From Nitrososphaera viennensis EN76 (GTDB lineage Archaea > Thermoproteota > Nitrososphaeria > Nitrososphaerales > Nitrososphaeraceae): a stretch of 32,000 bases of DNA. The notes beneath the pieces were generated by a model, which ran no database searches, had not been told where the DNA came from, and worked only from the letters and a program-made list of their open reading frames with translations. The stretch spans positions 2,130,001 through 2,162,000 of the forward strand of contig NZ_CP007536.1 in NCBI RefSeq assembly GCF_000698785.1, read 5' to 3'. Of the stretch, positions 8,927 through 17,784 are shown in pieces. The first letter of the stretch is position 1. Each line of letters starts with the position of its first letter. The translations under genes and the position numbers were made by a program.

Positions 8927-9448
8927 CTATAGCTCAAACTGCGCCTGCGTCCCTTCCTTCACGCCGTGGCGCTCTGAGAACCCAGCGACGGTTTCAAGTA
9001 CGTACCGCGCGTTCTTGTCAGGCTGGTAATTGGGGCAGTCAAACTGGTTCGGGCACGGCGGAAGTGAATGCTCGACGTGCACCACCGTCTTTTCGCTGTC
9101 AAGCCAGATGATGTCGATTGGGAACTTCATGCCGTTCATCCAGAACGGGTGGGGGTAGTCGGCGTCAAACACGAACAGCATGCCCTCTCCCTCGGTCATG
9201 CTGCTCCTCACCGCAAGCCCCTTGGTCTTTTTGTCGGGCGTGTCGGCAATGTCTGCAAGCAGGTTGACATCTGCTATTGACACTATCGTGTGGTTGTACC
9301 CCTGCAAGCCTCCCTCCGAAGCGACTGGCACGTTGGGCGTGGTGCCTTCCACTATCCGCAGCGCCGGCGTGAAATACAGGACGGCAAAAGCGATTATCCC
9401 TGCAGCTGCCGCGGCACCGATGGCTATCGCAAGCCTTGTTGCCTGCAC
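8927..9448 (-). CDS. DUF192 domain protein, N-terminal membrane anchor
   Basis: KGLAVRSSMTEGEGMLFVF...PFWMNGMKFPIDIIWLD matches the DUF192 core (GL..R..GMLF...FWM..T..PLD) as I recall it. Confidence 0.7.
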   Translation of the reverse strand: MQATRLAIAIGAAAAAGIIAFAVLYFTPALRIVEGTTPNVPVASEGGLQGYNHTIVSIADVNLLADIADTPDKKTKGLAVRSSMTEGEGMLFVFDADYPHPFWMNGMKFPIDIIWLDSEKTVVHVEHSLPPCPNQFDCPNYQPDKNARYVLETVAGFSERHGVKEGTQAQFEL

Positions 9449-9481
9449 GGAAAGCAGTTGGCGCTTTTGCTATTTATGCTG

Positions 9482-10699
9482 TTATATCGGCCTTGCCAGC
9501 CTGACGTGCACCAGCTGCGGGCTCTGCTTGCTCTGCATTATCCTCGGCTCGTTGCCCGAGCGCTTGAAGTAGGATGCCAGCACCACTGCCCAGGGCAGGA
9601 CGTGCTTGCCCTCCGCCTTGGACTGGAGGCTGACTATGTTGTTGCTCTTGTCATGCTTGAGCCCGCCAAGGCAGCTTATCTTTAATGCCGAGTCGACTAG
9701 GTCGAGCATTTCCGGCGCGCTCATGGTCCCCACCCTGAGCCCGTACCTCCTCTCCATCACTTCAAGGAGCTCGCCGGCGGGGTCCTCGTTGTTCATGGCG
9801 TATTCGAGCATGTGCGCGGCAAGGCCGTTTTCCACCGCCCTTGCAAGCTCTATCGCCTTTGCGGCAAGCGCCGGCTGGGCCTCCAGCGCGTGCTTGGCCT
9901 CGCCCGCCCTTGTCCAGGCCTCTTCAAAGTTCTTGGCCTGCAGCGCGCCGTACGCGTCAAGGGACGCAAAGAGCGCTGCCTTGCCGTTGCTTGAATCGAC
10001 AGAGACCATGTGGGTCATGTCGACTATCATGAGGTTTGACGAAACGGTGGCGTCGCTTGCTGCCATGCGCAGCTCTATGCCGTCAGGCAACAAAGACAGG
10101 CTCTCGCTTCCAAGGCACTGCGCGCCGACTATAAATCGGATCCGCGCGCCGTTTGTAGCCGCCTTTATCAGCTGCCCCCTGCACTGCGCAAGCAGCCGCA
10201 GCCCCCACGGGTCCAGGGCCGCGGTTATCGACGACCTTGCGCCTGCGACCAGGCCTGATATCTTTGACAGCGCCGAGTCGGGGTCGAGGATGAAATACCT
10301 CTTTTCTTCCGAGCCCCTGGGCCTCTGGCCCTCGTCGCTCAATCTCTGCAGGCGCTCGACGATCTTGCGCATGTTTCTCACCCTGCGCTCGTGCAAATTC
10401 ACTATCTCGCCAAACGCCTCCTCCGGAGGGATCGCGCTGCAGATGAGCGGCTTTTGCCTTGACACGACTGCCAGCCTCTTTTTCTCCAGCTTTTTCACCG
10501 TCTGGTACACCTTGGTCCTAGGCAGGTTGGCATAGTACGCAAGGTCGCTTGCCGCAAGCGACCCCTTGCCTATCATCGTGAGGTAGGCGCGCGCTTCGTA
10601 TTTTGACAGCCCGAACTCTTCAAGGCTTGCCGGCAGGTCGCCCGAAGCTGGAGAAGTGCTAGAAATGATAGAAGCAGAAGAATGGCTTTTCTGGTGCAT
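9482..10699 (-). CDS. TrmB-family transcriptional regulator with long C-terminal extension
   Basis: Has an N-terminal wHTH, LSKYEARAYLTMIGKGSLAASDLAYYANLPRTKVYQTVKKLEKKRL. At 405 aa it is longer than typical TrmB. It is divergent from the cdvB genes. Confidence 0.75.
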   Translation of the reverse strand: MHQKSHSSASIISSTSPASGDLPASLEEFGLSKYEARAYLTMIGKGSLAASDLAYYANLPRTKVYQTVKKLEKKRLAVVSRQKPLICSAIPPEEAFGEIVNLHERRVRNMRKIVERLQRLSDEGQRPRGSEEKRYFILDPDSALSKISGLVAGARSSITAALDPWGLRLLAQCRGQLIKAATNGARIRFIVGAQCLGSESLSLLPDGIELRMAASDATVSSNLMIVDMTHMVSVDSSNGKAALFASLDAYGALQAKNFEEAWTRAGEAKHALEAQPALAAKAIELARAVENGLAAHMLEYAMNNEDPAGELLEVMERRYGLRVGTMSAPEMLDLVDSALKISCLGGLKHDKSNNIVSLQSKAEGKHVLPWAVVLASYFKRSGNEPRIMQSKQSPQLVHVRLARPI

Positions 10700-10866
10700 C
10701 CGGGATAGACTTGCCCCGCGCCAAGGTAAAACGGTGGGTCAAACATATTGCGTCAAAAGTCAAAAAAATGCCAAGCTGTTACCGCGGAATTGCGTCACCG
10801 CGGTGACAAAACTTTCCGGCACACCGGGCGTCTTATCGCCAGCCCCGGAAGCAAAGCCGTTGCAAA

Positions 10867-11526
10867 ATGACGATGTCAAAATGGGTCAAATCCGAATCAG
10901 TGGTTACCTCTACCGACGATTCACCATCACCAATAGCGGCTGCCGCCGTTTCGCCCAAGCCGGGAGGCCCCCTGAGGCCGCGGCTTGAGGCGGTGCAGAA
11001 GAGGATAGAGAACCAGATAGCCCGGCTCGACGACCTCCTGTCGTCTTTGAAGATGCGCGACGACGAGACGTTCCGCAAGCTCATGGCCTCGATAAAGGAG
11101 AGCAACGCCCAGTACTCTACCGTGCTTTCTGCAGAACTGGCAAAGGCAAGGCAGGTAAGCCGCGTCGTCTCGATAGCCAGGGTGGCGCTTGAGAAGATCC
11201 ACGGCCGGCTTGCGTCCGTGTCGGACTTTGGCGATCTTGTCATAGTCCTGAGCCCGGCGATGGCCGTCGTGAAAAGCGTGAGGTCGTCGCTGGTGCCTTT
11301 TGTGCCAGAGATGGAGGAAGACCTTGGCATAATCTCGGAACTCTTGAGCGGGATACTGGTGGACGCCGGCCAGGTGGGCGGTTACACTATCAACTTCGAG
11401 ACTGCAAACGAGGAAGCCGTGAGGCTTGTTGACGAGGCATCAAGCACTGTAGAGCACAAGATGAAGGAGGAGCTCCCCGGAATCCCAGACCTTCCGATGG
11501 TACCAACAACAACAAAGGTTGCCTAG
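10867..11526 (+). CDS. cdvB: ESCRT-III (Snf7-like) cell-division protein CdvB
   Basis: 219 aa with GPLRPRLEAVQKRIENQIARLDDLLSSLKMRDDETFRKLM, a helical-hairpin pattern like thaumarchaeal CdvB. It has a Pro-rich tail (EELPGIPDLPMVP) and lies upstream of vps4. Confidence 0.8.
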   Translation: MTMSKWVKSESVVTSTDDSPSPIAAAAVSPKPGGPLRPRLEAVQKRIENQIARLDDLLSSLKMRDDETFRKLMASIKESNAQYSTVLSAELAKARQVSRVVSIARVALEKIHGRLASVSDFGDLVIVLSPAMAVVKSVRSSLVPFVPEMEEDLGIISELLSGILVDAGQVGGYTINFETANEEAVRLVDEASSTVEHKMKEELPGIPDLPMVPTTTKVA

Positions 11527-11615
11527 CTTACTTCGTGGCTGTCGTCAGCTAGGCAGCCCCGGTGTCACCACGGGCGAACAGAATGCCCAACATCTTTTGA
11601 CCCTTTGCCTTTTCG

Positions 11616-12200
11616 TTGCTTTTAGCAAAATCTGTAGACGCATATTTGCTGTTTCGCAAGGACTCTACCCTTAGGGAAAGGGCCACTGTAGCCCTCGCAA
11701 GCCTCCAGCGCAACGCCTGCGCGATGGGCACGCTGCGCAGCAGGATAGAGTCGCGGGCAGACTTTATCCTGAAATCGCAGGGACATAGCGACGAGTACCA
11801 GGAGCTTGCACGCGTCCTTGAGCTGGTAAAAAACGGCGAGCTCATCCTGAGCGAGCTGTCCGGCAAGATGGAAGCCGCGCGCTTTTTGGAAGAATTCGTC
11901 CTGATAATCAACGGCGCTGCCGAGTCGGTGAGCGCGATAAAGGGCGACGTCGAGCACCTGGTCCCGCTGGCAGAAAGCGCGCTTGCCGAGATGCACGACG
12001 CCATATCCAAGATATCCGGCGGCCTTTACACGCCGGACCCCGGGCCGGCGCAGATAGACATGCAAAACAGCATCCTTGCAGAGGCGACGGCAGCGGCGGT
12101 CGCGCAGGCGCCGCCCGTACTACACGAGCAGCGTGCTGCCGTGGAACCAAAGGCCGCCGATGCATCTATTGAGGCAAAGGCCGAGGCCGAGCTGGCATAG
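11616..12200 (+). CDS. cdvB: ESCRT-III-like CdvB paralog (TTG start)
   Basis: 194 aa, all-helical with Snf7-like heptad character, sitting between cdvB and cdvC. An in-frame TGA at 11598 forces a TTG 11616 start or a later ATG. Confidence 0.6.
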   Translation: MLLAKSVDAYLLFRKDSTLRERATVALASLQRNACAMGTLRSRIESRADFILKSQGHSDEYQELARVLELVKNGELILSELSGKMEAARFLEEFVLIINGAAESVSAIKGDVEHLVPLAESALAEMHDAISKISGGLYTPDPGPAQIDMQNSILAEATAAAVAQAPPVLHEQRAAVEPKAADASIEAKAEAELA

Positions 12201-12297
12201 GGACGCGCGTGGTGTAAACTTTTCACACGGCAAGCAAAGATAGATTTACACCTAGGTAATTCAAATTGCTAACCAATTTTCTTCTGGAACTGCAATT

Positions 12298-13533
12298 ATG
12301 AGTCTCGCACCCCAAGAACTTGAAAATAGCGCTAGCAAGTATGCAGCCGAGGCGATCAGGCTTGACTCCCAGGGCTCAAGAGGAATGGCTATCCAGTCAT
12401 ACCAGAGGGCAATTGAGGCACTCGTCAAGCTGGTACAGATCTACCCGGATTACAAGTTGAACAAGGTCTACATGGAACGGGCAAACGCGTACCAGAACCG
12501 CATCAAGGCACTCCAGATGTCCCACGGGCTTGACGACGACAGGCCGAACCCGATCGAGGATAATAATAGGGTCGAGCCGGCAAACGGCCACGGCAAGGGC
12601 AGTGCCGGTTCTTCTTCTGGCGGCAGCAGCAAGTCCGGCAACGTGGAGACGCTAAAGGCAGACTTTGACGACCTTGTCATGAAGGACAAGCCAAAGGTGA
12701 GCTGGGACGAGGTTATCGGCCTTGACGACGCCAAGAGGGCTATACGCGAGTCTATCGTTTACCCGATGAAGAGGCCGGACCTGTTTCCCCTTGGGTGGCC
12801 GCGCGGAATACTGCTGTACGGGCCGCCGGGATGCGGAAAAACGCTGCTTGCAGCAGCTGCGGCAGCAGAGATCGACGGCTACTTCATCAACGTCGACGCG
12901 GCGTCGATGATGAGCAAGTGGCTGGGCGAGGCAGAAAAAAACATATCGAAACTGTTCACGATGGCGCGCAAGCTCAACGAAAGCGAAGGCGTGCCCGTGC
13001 TTTTGTTCATAGACGAAATCGATTCGCTCCTTGGCCAGCGCAACAGCGAGGTAGGAGGCGAGGTAAGGGTAAAGAACCAGTTCCTGACAGAGATGGACGG
13101 CATCAACGGCAAGTCAAAAGAGTCGCAGCTCTACGTCATCGGCGCGACCAACAAGCCGTGGAGCCTTGAAGCAGGCTTTTTGCGCAGGTTCCAAAAGAGG
13201 ATTTATGTGACATTGCCGGACAACGCCTCGCGCACAAACCTGTTCAACCAGTACACCCGCCCGCTCAACACAGAAAGCGCGCTCAAGATAGACGAGCTTG
13301 CCAAGATAACGGACGGCTACAGCGCAAGCGACATCAAGGACATCTGCCAGTCGGTGCAGCTGCGCGTCGTCAACGAGCTGTTCGAGAGCGGAAAGGCGAT
13401 GGAGGCTAACGCAAACCCGAGGCCCGTCGGCACCACTGATTTCCGCGAGATACTAAAGATCCGCAAGCCTTCAGTCAGCGTCGACATGATAAGGGCGTAC
13501 ATGAGGTGGAGCGACCAGTTCAAGGCGCTGTGA
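12298..13533 (+). CDS. cdvC: Vps4-like AAA+ ATPase CdvC (MIT domain + AAA)
   Basis: Has an N-terminal MIT-like three-helix region, Walker A GPPGCGKT, Walker B LLFIDEIDS and a second region of homology. Confidence 0.93.
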   Translation: MSLAPQELENSASKYAAEAIRLDSQGSRGMAIQSYQRAIEALVKLVQIYPDYKLNKVYMERANAYQNRIKALQMSHGLDDDRPNPIEDNNRVEPANGHGKGSAGSSSGGSSKSGNVETLKADFDDLVMKDKPKVSWDEVIGLDDAKRAIRESIVYPMKRPDLFPLGWPRGILLYGPPGCGKTLLAAAAAAEIDGYFINVDAASMMSKWLGEAEKNISKLFTMARKLNESEGVPVLLFIDEIDSLLGQRNSEVGGEVRVKNQFLTEMDGINGKSKESQLYVIGATNKPWSLEAGFLRRFQKRIYVTLPDNASRTNLFNQYTRPLNTESALKIDELAKITDGYSASDIKDICQSVQLRVVNELFESGKAMEANANPRPVGTTDFREILKIRKPSVSVDMIRAYMRWSDQFKAL

Positions 13534-13837
13534 GCTTTACTCACTTTTCTTTTTCTTCTTTCTATATTATTACAAAAAAATGGCAACGCGTGTTTGAATG
13601 TCCATAGTTTTGCATAATTACCTGGAAATCCATTATATCCATCCGGCTCTATGATGATATTCTAAATTTCATGCCTATATCCGCACAAATCCGTCCTGTC
13701 CTGAATTTTGCAATCGATTAACCGCGATCGGTTGCCTGAAAATCCGTCCCGCATGCTGTTTTTCTCCATAAAACAATCAAAAATTGACGTGATGATGGGC
13801 TTGTTATGTATATACAAAATTCTTAGAGCATTGTTAT

Positions 13838-16582
13838 ATGACCTTTCAGCAGAATACACACGGCTACGGCGGAACCCGCGCCCTGACCAGAGTCTCTGCA
13901 GCAATAATAGCTGCCATGGTGCTGGTCCTTAACATCGCGGTTTCTGCCCCAGTTCCTGCCAGTGCGGCCCCCATCCCGGGAGCATGCAACTGCGTCATCT
14001 TTAGGCTTGACGACGTTCAGGATTTCTGGCTCAACACGGTCCAGGTTGCAGTCATGGACGAATTTATCGGCGAGAACGAAAAGCTTACCGTCGGCGTGGT
14101 GATGAACTTTGTCGGAAATGACGCGTCCGTGGTGAGCAAGGTTAGGCAGGGCTTTACCTCTGGCACATTCGAGCTTGCAAGCCACGCGTGGGACCACGTC
14201 GACTACAAGACCCTGACTCTTCAGGCGCAGCACGACACGCTGCAGCAGGCCAACCAAAAGATGGTCGCGCTCTGGGGGACCAGCCCGGTAACCTTCATCC
14301 CCCCGTACAACAGCTACGACGACAACACCCTTGCCGCGCTCAAGGACCTGGGCATGAAGGTCATCAGCGCAGAATTTGACCAGGAGCTTTTGAGCATATA
14401 CAACCCTGACGAGCCGGACAGCCCGGACAACAAGGTCTACAAGGCGATAAATGGCTCTGCCATAACAGACTCGCAAGGCATCTACCACCTCCCGCAGGTG
14501 GTGGGCTTTTACACGTATGATTCCGAACCGCCGACCAAGACTCCTGTAAGTACTATTATGGACAGTATCGACAGCACGATCTCTTCGTACGGGTACGCCG
14601 TGGTGACCCTGCACCCCCAGGACTTTGCCGTCAAGTCAAACGGGGTTCCGGTCAACCCTGCTCAAGTTAACAGCGCCGAAATAGCCGATCTGAGGACGCT
14701 CATAGACAGCATTCGCGGTGCAGGATACACGATAAAGAACTATTCAGAAGTTGTCGATGCCTCGCCGCCCCAAATAACTGACATCACTCCGCCCATGATA
14801 ACAGCTCCTCTTGACAAGCAGGTGGTCTCGTCAGAGCCTCTCACTAATGTCGACCTTGGAAGCCCGTCCGTGACAGACAACGTCGACACTTCGCCAGCAG
14901 TCACAAACGACGCTCCCGCCGCAGGATTTCCCCAAGGGACTACTGCCGTAATCTGGACTGCTACAGACGATGCGGGCAACTCCGCCCAGGCAATTCAGTA
15001 CGTTACAGTCCGTACGACTGCAGATACCGTCCGGCCTACGATTGCAATTTCCGAGCCTTTGAGTGGAGCCACAATACGCGGTCCGGCTGCGGGAATTAAC
15101 TTGCTTGTTAAAGGAAACGCGACTGACAGCCAGACCGGGATAAAAACAGTCGAGGTAAAGCCATCCAATACCGTCGCGTACAAGAAAGCCACGCCCGTAT
15201 CTCCGGGCAACTGGACCGAATGGTCCTCTACACTGACCATTACAGCTTCGGGCAATTATACGATTACCGCTAGGGCAGACGACTACTGGAACTGGTCTCA
15301 ATGGTATACCACTCCTGTCACGGTACTCCTTGGCGCCTCTGCTGACATAGATCCTCCGCACATAATCGCGCCGGATGATATTACAACGGAGGCGACTGGC
15401 ATACTAACGCCCGTTTCCTTGGGGAAGCCTGACGTGACCGATAATGTTGATCTCGATCCAACTGTAACCAACAATGCTCCCGGCGGCGCAGAAGGTTCTG
15501 GCTTTACTGTAGGGACCCACATCGTTACATGGAGGGCAGAAGATGATGCTGGAAATGTTGCAACTGCAAACCAGACAGTCACCATAACTGCCGCCTCTCC
15601 AGTACTGCCCAAGCCAAAAGCTGGAGCATACAACGCCCCGCAATCAGTCACCCTGACGCCGCTGCTGGCCAACTCGACAATCCACTACACCACAGACGGC
15701 TCGACGCCTACGGCAAACAGTACCACGTACACCGGGCCAATACAGATATCCAAAAGCACTGACTTGAAGCTCATTGCAGTGGACTTGCAAGGCGACGCTG
15801 GCAACGTCACGACCCTGTCGTATGTCATTGACACTACGGCCCCGACAGTCACAGCTTCGCCTGCAGGCGGCACGTACAGTACGGCCCAATCTGTTGTTCT
15901 TGCGCCAAGCGAATCCAACAGTACAAAGATCTACTACACCACCGACGGCTCGACGCCCACAACGTCCAGTACCGAGTACGTTACCTCAATAGCTATAGCA
16001 TCTACCACGACGCTCAAGTTCGTCGCCAAGGATAGCGTTGGCAACCTTGGCCCCGTCGGCACCGAGAACTATGTCATCAACGTCGTTAGCAGCGGAGGCG
16101 GCGGTGGAGGAGGAGGCGGTGGTGGCGGCGGAGTAGGCTCTGGCGGCAGCATGACTGTCGGAGGCGAGGTCTTTACCTACCCGGACTCGCACTTTGTGAC
16201 GCACCAGCTGGACAAGATCAAGTTCGTCAGCTTTGGAGTCGTGAGCCCGCAGAACAGTAACGTCGTACTCACTACTGCCGCACCCGGACAGCAGGTAAGC
16301 ATATCTGCCACGTTCAAGAACTACCAGAACAAGCCGCAGAATTACGTCTACATAACCCAGGTTGAAAAGAACGGGATCACCTTCCGCATCGACTGGCAGG
16401 CCGGCGCCGTAAACACTGGACAGACAGAGACTGTGTCAAGGTCATGGACGACACCCGTAGAGCCTGGCAACTATGCAATCAAGCTCTTTGTATGGGACAA
16501 GCTGAGCGGGTCTCCTGCCGCGCTGTCTGAAGTGGGCATGTCCCAGATTTCTGTAGCAGAACCGGCGGGATCGCAATCATAG
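13838..16582 (+). CDS. secreted multidomain protein: CE4-like polysaccharide deacetylase + 2 HYR-like + Ig-like + 2 chitobiase-C-like modules + poly-Gly linker + C-terminal beta domain
   Basis: Signal-like N-terminus (AAIIAAMVLVLNIAVSAPVPASA). FRLDDVQD and ASHAWDH are deacetylase-like boxes. The repeated modules are listed as separate features. Confidence 0.8.
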   Translation: MTFQQNTHGYGGTRALTRVSAAIIAAMVLVLNIAVSAPVPASAAPIPGACNCVIFRLDDVQDFWLNTVQVAVMDEFIGENEKLTVGVVMNFVGNDASVVSKVRQGFTSGTFELASHAWDHVDYKTLTLQAQHDTLQQANQKMVALWGTSPVTFIPPYNSYDDNTLAALKDLGMKVISAEFDQELLSIYNPDEPDSPDNKVYKAINGSAITDSQGIYHLPQVVGFYTYDSEPPTKTPVSTIMDSIDSTISSYGYAVVTLHPQDFAVKSNGVPVNPAQVNSAEIADLRTLIDSIRGAGYTIKNYSEVVDASPPQITDITPPMITAPLDKQVVSSEPLTNVDLGSPSVTDNVDTSPAVTNDAPAAGFPQGTTAVIWTATDDAGNSAQAIQYVTVRTTADTVRPTIAISEPLSGATIRGPAAGINLLVKGNATDSQTGIKTVEVKPSNTVAYKKATPVSPGNWTEWSSTLTITASGNYTITARADDYWNWSQWYTTPVTVLLGASADIDPPHIIAPDDITTEATGILTPVSLGKPDVTDNVDLDPTVTNNAPGGAEGSGFTVGTHIVTWRAEDDAGNVATANQTVTITAASPVLPKPKAGAYNAPQSVTLTPLLANSTIHYTTDGSTPTANSTTYTGPIQISKSTDLKLIAVDLQGDAGNVTTLSYVIDTTAPTVTASPAGGTYSTAQSVVLAPSESNSTKIYYTTDGSTPTTSSTEYVTSIAIASTTTLKFVAKDSVGNLGPVGTENYVINVVSSGGGGGGGGGGGGGVGSGGSMTVGGEVFTYPDSHFVTHQLDKIKFVSFGVVSPQNSNVVLTTAAPGQQVSISATFKNYQNKPQNYVYITQVEKNGITFRIDWQAGAVNTGQTETVSRSWTTPVEPGNYAIKLFVWDKLSGSPAALSEVGMSQISVAEPAGSQS
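14789..15588 (+). repeat. two HYR-like modules (about 14789-15012 and 15353-15588) flanking an Ig-like module
   Basis: PPMITAPLD..GSPSVTDNVDTSPAVTNDAP..AVIWTATDDAGNSAQA..VTV aligns with PPHIIAPDD..GKPDVTDNVDLDPTVTNNAP..IVTWRAEDDAGNVATA..VTI. Confidence 0.7.
15608..16083 (+). repeat. tandem pair of chitobiase/hexosaminidase-C-like modules
   Basis: GAYNAPQSVTLTP..STIHYTTDGSTPTANSTTYTGPIQISKSTDLKLIAVD aligns with GTYSTAQSVVLAP..TKIYYTTDGSTPTTSSTEYVTSIAIASTTTLKFVAKD. Confidence 0.7.
16094..16132 (+). repeat. 13-codon glycine run (GGN)13 inside the CDS
   Basis: gga ggc ggc ggt gga gga gga ggc ggt ggt ggc ggc gga. Confidence 0.9.
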
Positions 16583-16618
16583 GAGGTGAAACAGACACAC
16601 AAGAGAAATAGCACACAC

Positions 16619-16626
16619 AAAAAAAA
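16619..16626 (-). terminator. oligo-T tract (T8 on minus strand) downstream of ppa
   Basis: An A8 run on the plus strand lies about 95 nt past the ppa stop. Archaeal termination commonly uses oligo-T. Confidence 0.35.
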
Positions 16627-16674
16627 CCTCTGACGAAAACTGTACTGCCTAAATATCCCTAGGTCAGAAATTCA

Positions 16675-16703
16675 CGGCCGGCCTTCAAAAAGGAGGCCGG
16701 CCG
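16675..16703. terminator. GC-only hairpin between convergent genes
   Basis: CGGCCGGCC (16675-16683) pairs with GGCCGGCCG (16695-16703), giving a 9-bp stem and an 11-nt loop TTCAAAAAGGA. Confidence 0.45.
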
Positions 16704-16718
16704 CGAAATGATAATTTA

Positions 16719-17258
16719 TTACTTTTCGTCCTTCTTGTTGTAGCGTTCCATCGCTTCGCTTATCTTTTTCTTGGCTGATTCTTTGTTCTCCCAGCCCTTG
16801 ACCTTGACGTACTTGCCCTTTTCAAGCTCCTTGTAGTGCTCAAAAAAGTGCTTGATCTGGTCCTGGATGTGCTGGGGCACGTTGTTGATGTCCTTGACGT
16901 CGGAAAACGACGGGTCAATCTTTGCCACCGGGACTGCCACCACCTTGGCGTCCTCCCCCTCCTCGTCAGCGGTTATGAGCACGCCGACAGGGTTCGCGCG
17001 GATGACTGACGATGGCACAACAGGATCGTTTCCCAGCACCAGCACGTCGACGGGGTCTCCGTCCTTTTCCTTTGTCTGCGGCACAAAGCCATAGTTGCAC
17101 GGGTAAAACATCGCGGTGAACAGCTTGCGGTCAACAAAGAGCGCGCCAGTCTCGTCGTCTATCTCGTACTTGATGTTGCTGCCCTTTGGGATCTCGATTA
17201 CCACGTTTAGCTCTTCCGGCGGGTTCTTGCCTGCCTTGAGTGTGTCTACAAGCGCCAA
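16719..17258 (-). CDS. ppa: inorganic pyrophosphatase (family I)
   Basis: VVIEIPKGSNIKYEID, DGDPVDVLVL and the other family I PPase signature blocks are present. Confidence 0.95.
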   Translation of the reverse strand: MALVDTLKAGKNPPEELNVVIEIPKGSNIKYEIDDETGALFVDRKLFTAMFYPCNYGFVPQTKEKDGDPVDVLVLGNDPVVPSSVIRANPVGVLITADEEGEDAKVVAVPVAKIDPSFSDVKDINNVPQHIQDQIKHFFEHYKELEKGKYVKVKGWENKESAKKKISEAMERYNKKDEK

Positions 17259-17344
17259 TTCTTATCGGGACTAGCGGGCCAAAGTCAAGATATATTCATT
17301 CCTATTATTGTTGGCGGCGTTTTCCGAGAAATTTTACCATCATA

Positions 17345-17773
17345 TCACTGTCTGTCGCCAAGGCATCTCGTGTATTCGATATGCGACGTGATGTTTCCTG
17401 ATGCTCTAGTCGATAACGAGCCGCCGCACACGAGCGACGCTTCCGTCCTGCCCGATTGCTCAACGGTCACTGTTAACACAAGCTGGCGAGCACTTGTACC
17501 AGGACCTGATGATGATTCATAATCCTGCCTGCTTGCCCTGTAGGTGACCTGCGAAGACTGGCCGTCAACGCTCATCTTGGCATCGGGGAACCTGTCAAGA
17601 AATGCCTTTACCTCCTGCGTTTCTTGCGCCCTGGCAACAAGCTCGCTGTCAGGAAACGTGGTAAGCGGCTTGAACATGAAGGATAGTAACGCCATAAGGC
17701 CGATTCCAACAGCCATTCCAAACATGGCCGACGCAACATCGCGCTTGTTGTTGTTATTATCCATCGTACGCAA
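17345..17773 (-). CDS. membrane-anchored hypothetical protein (paralog of 1712..2197)
   Basis: Has an N-terminal TM helix. ELVARAQETQEVKAFLDRFPDAKMSV and LVCGGS align with the 1712..2197 product. Confidence 0.6.
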   Translation of the reverse strand: MRTMDNNNNKRDVASAMFGMAVGIGLMALLSFMFKPLTTFPDSELVARAQETQEVKAFLDRFPDAKMSVDGQSSQVTYRASRQDYESSSGPGTSARQLVLTVTVEQSGRTEASLVCGGSLSTRASGNITSHIEYTRCLGDRQ

Positions 17774-17784
17774 AAGCTCGTGCG

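Noticed and set aside
9606-10535. 309-aa plus-strand ORF antisense to the TrmB-like gene
   Set aside because: The translation is Ser/Ala/Leu-rich with no motif. The opposite strand encodes a recognisable wHTH regulator.
13651-13704. C/D-box sRNA candidate (ATGATGA ... CTGA, 54 nt)
   Set aside because: Internal D' and C' boxes are not recognisable and there is no terminal stem. The C-box and D-box matches could easily be chance in AT-rich DNA.
13823-14614. 263-aa minus-strand ORF antisense to the secreted-protein gene
   Set aside because: This is a shadow ORF. The sense strand has a signal peptide and deacetylase-like boxes.
16094-16132. G-rich tract as G-quadruplex or regulatory element
   Set aside because: It lies in-frame inside a long CDS and encodes a 13-Gly linker, so the coding explanation is sufficient.
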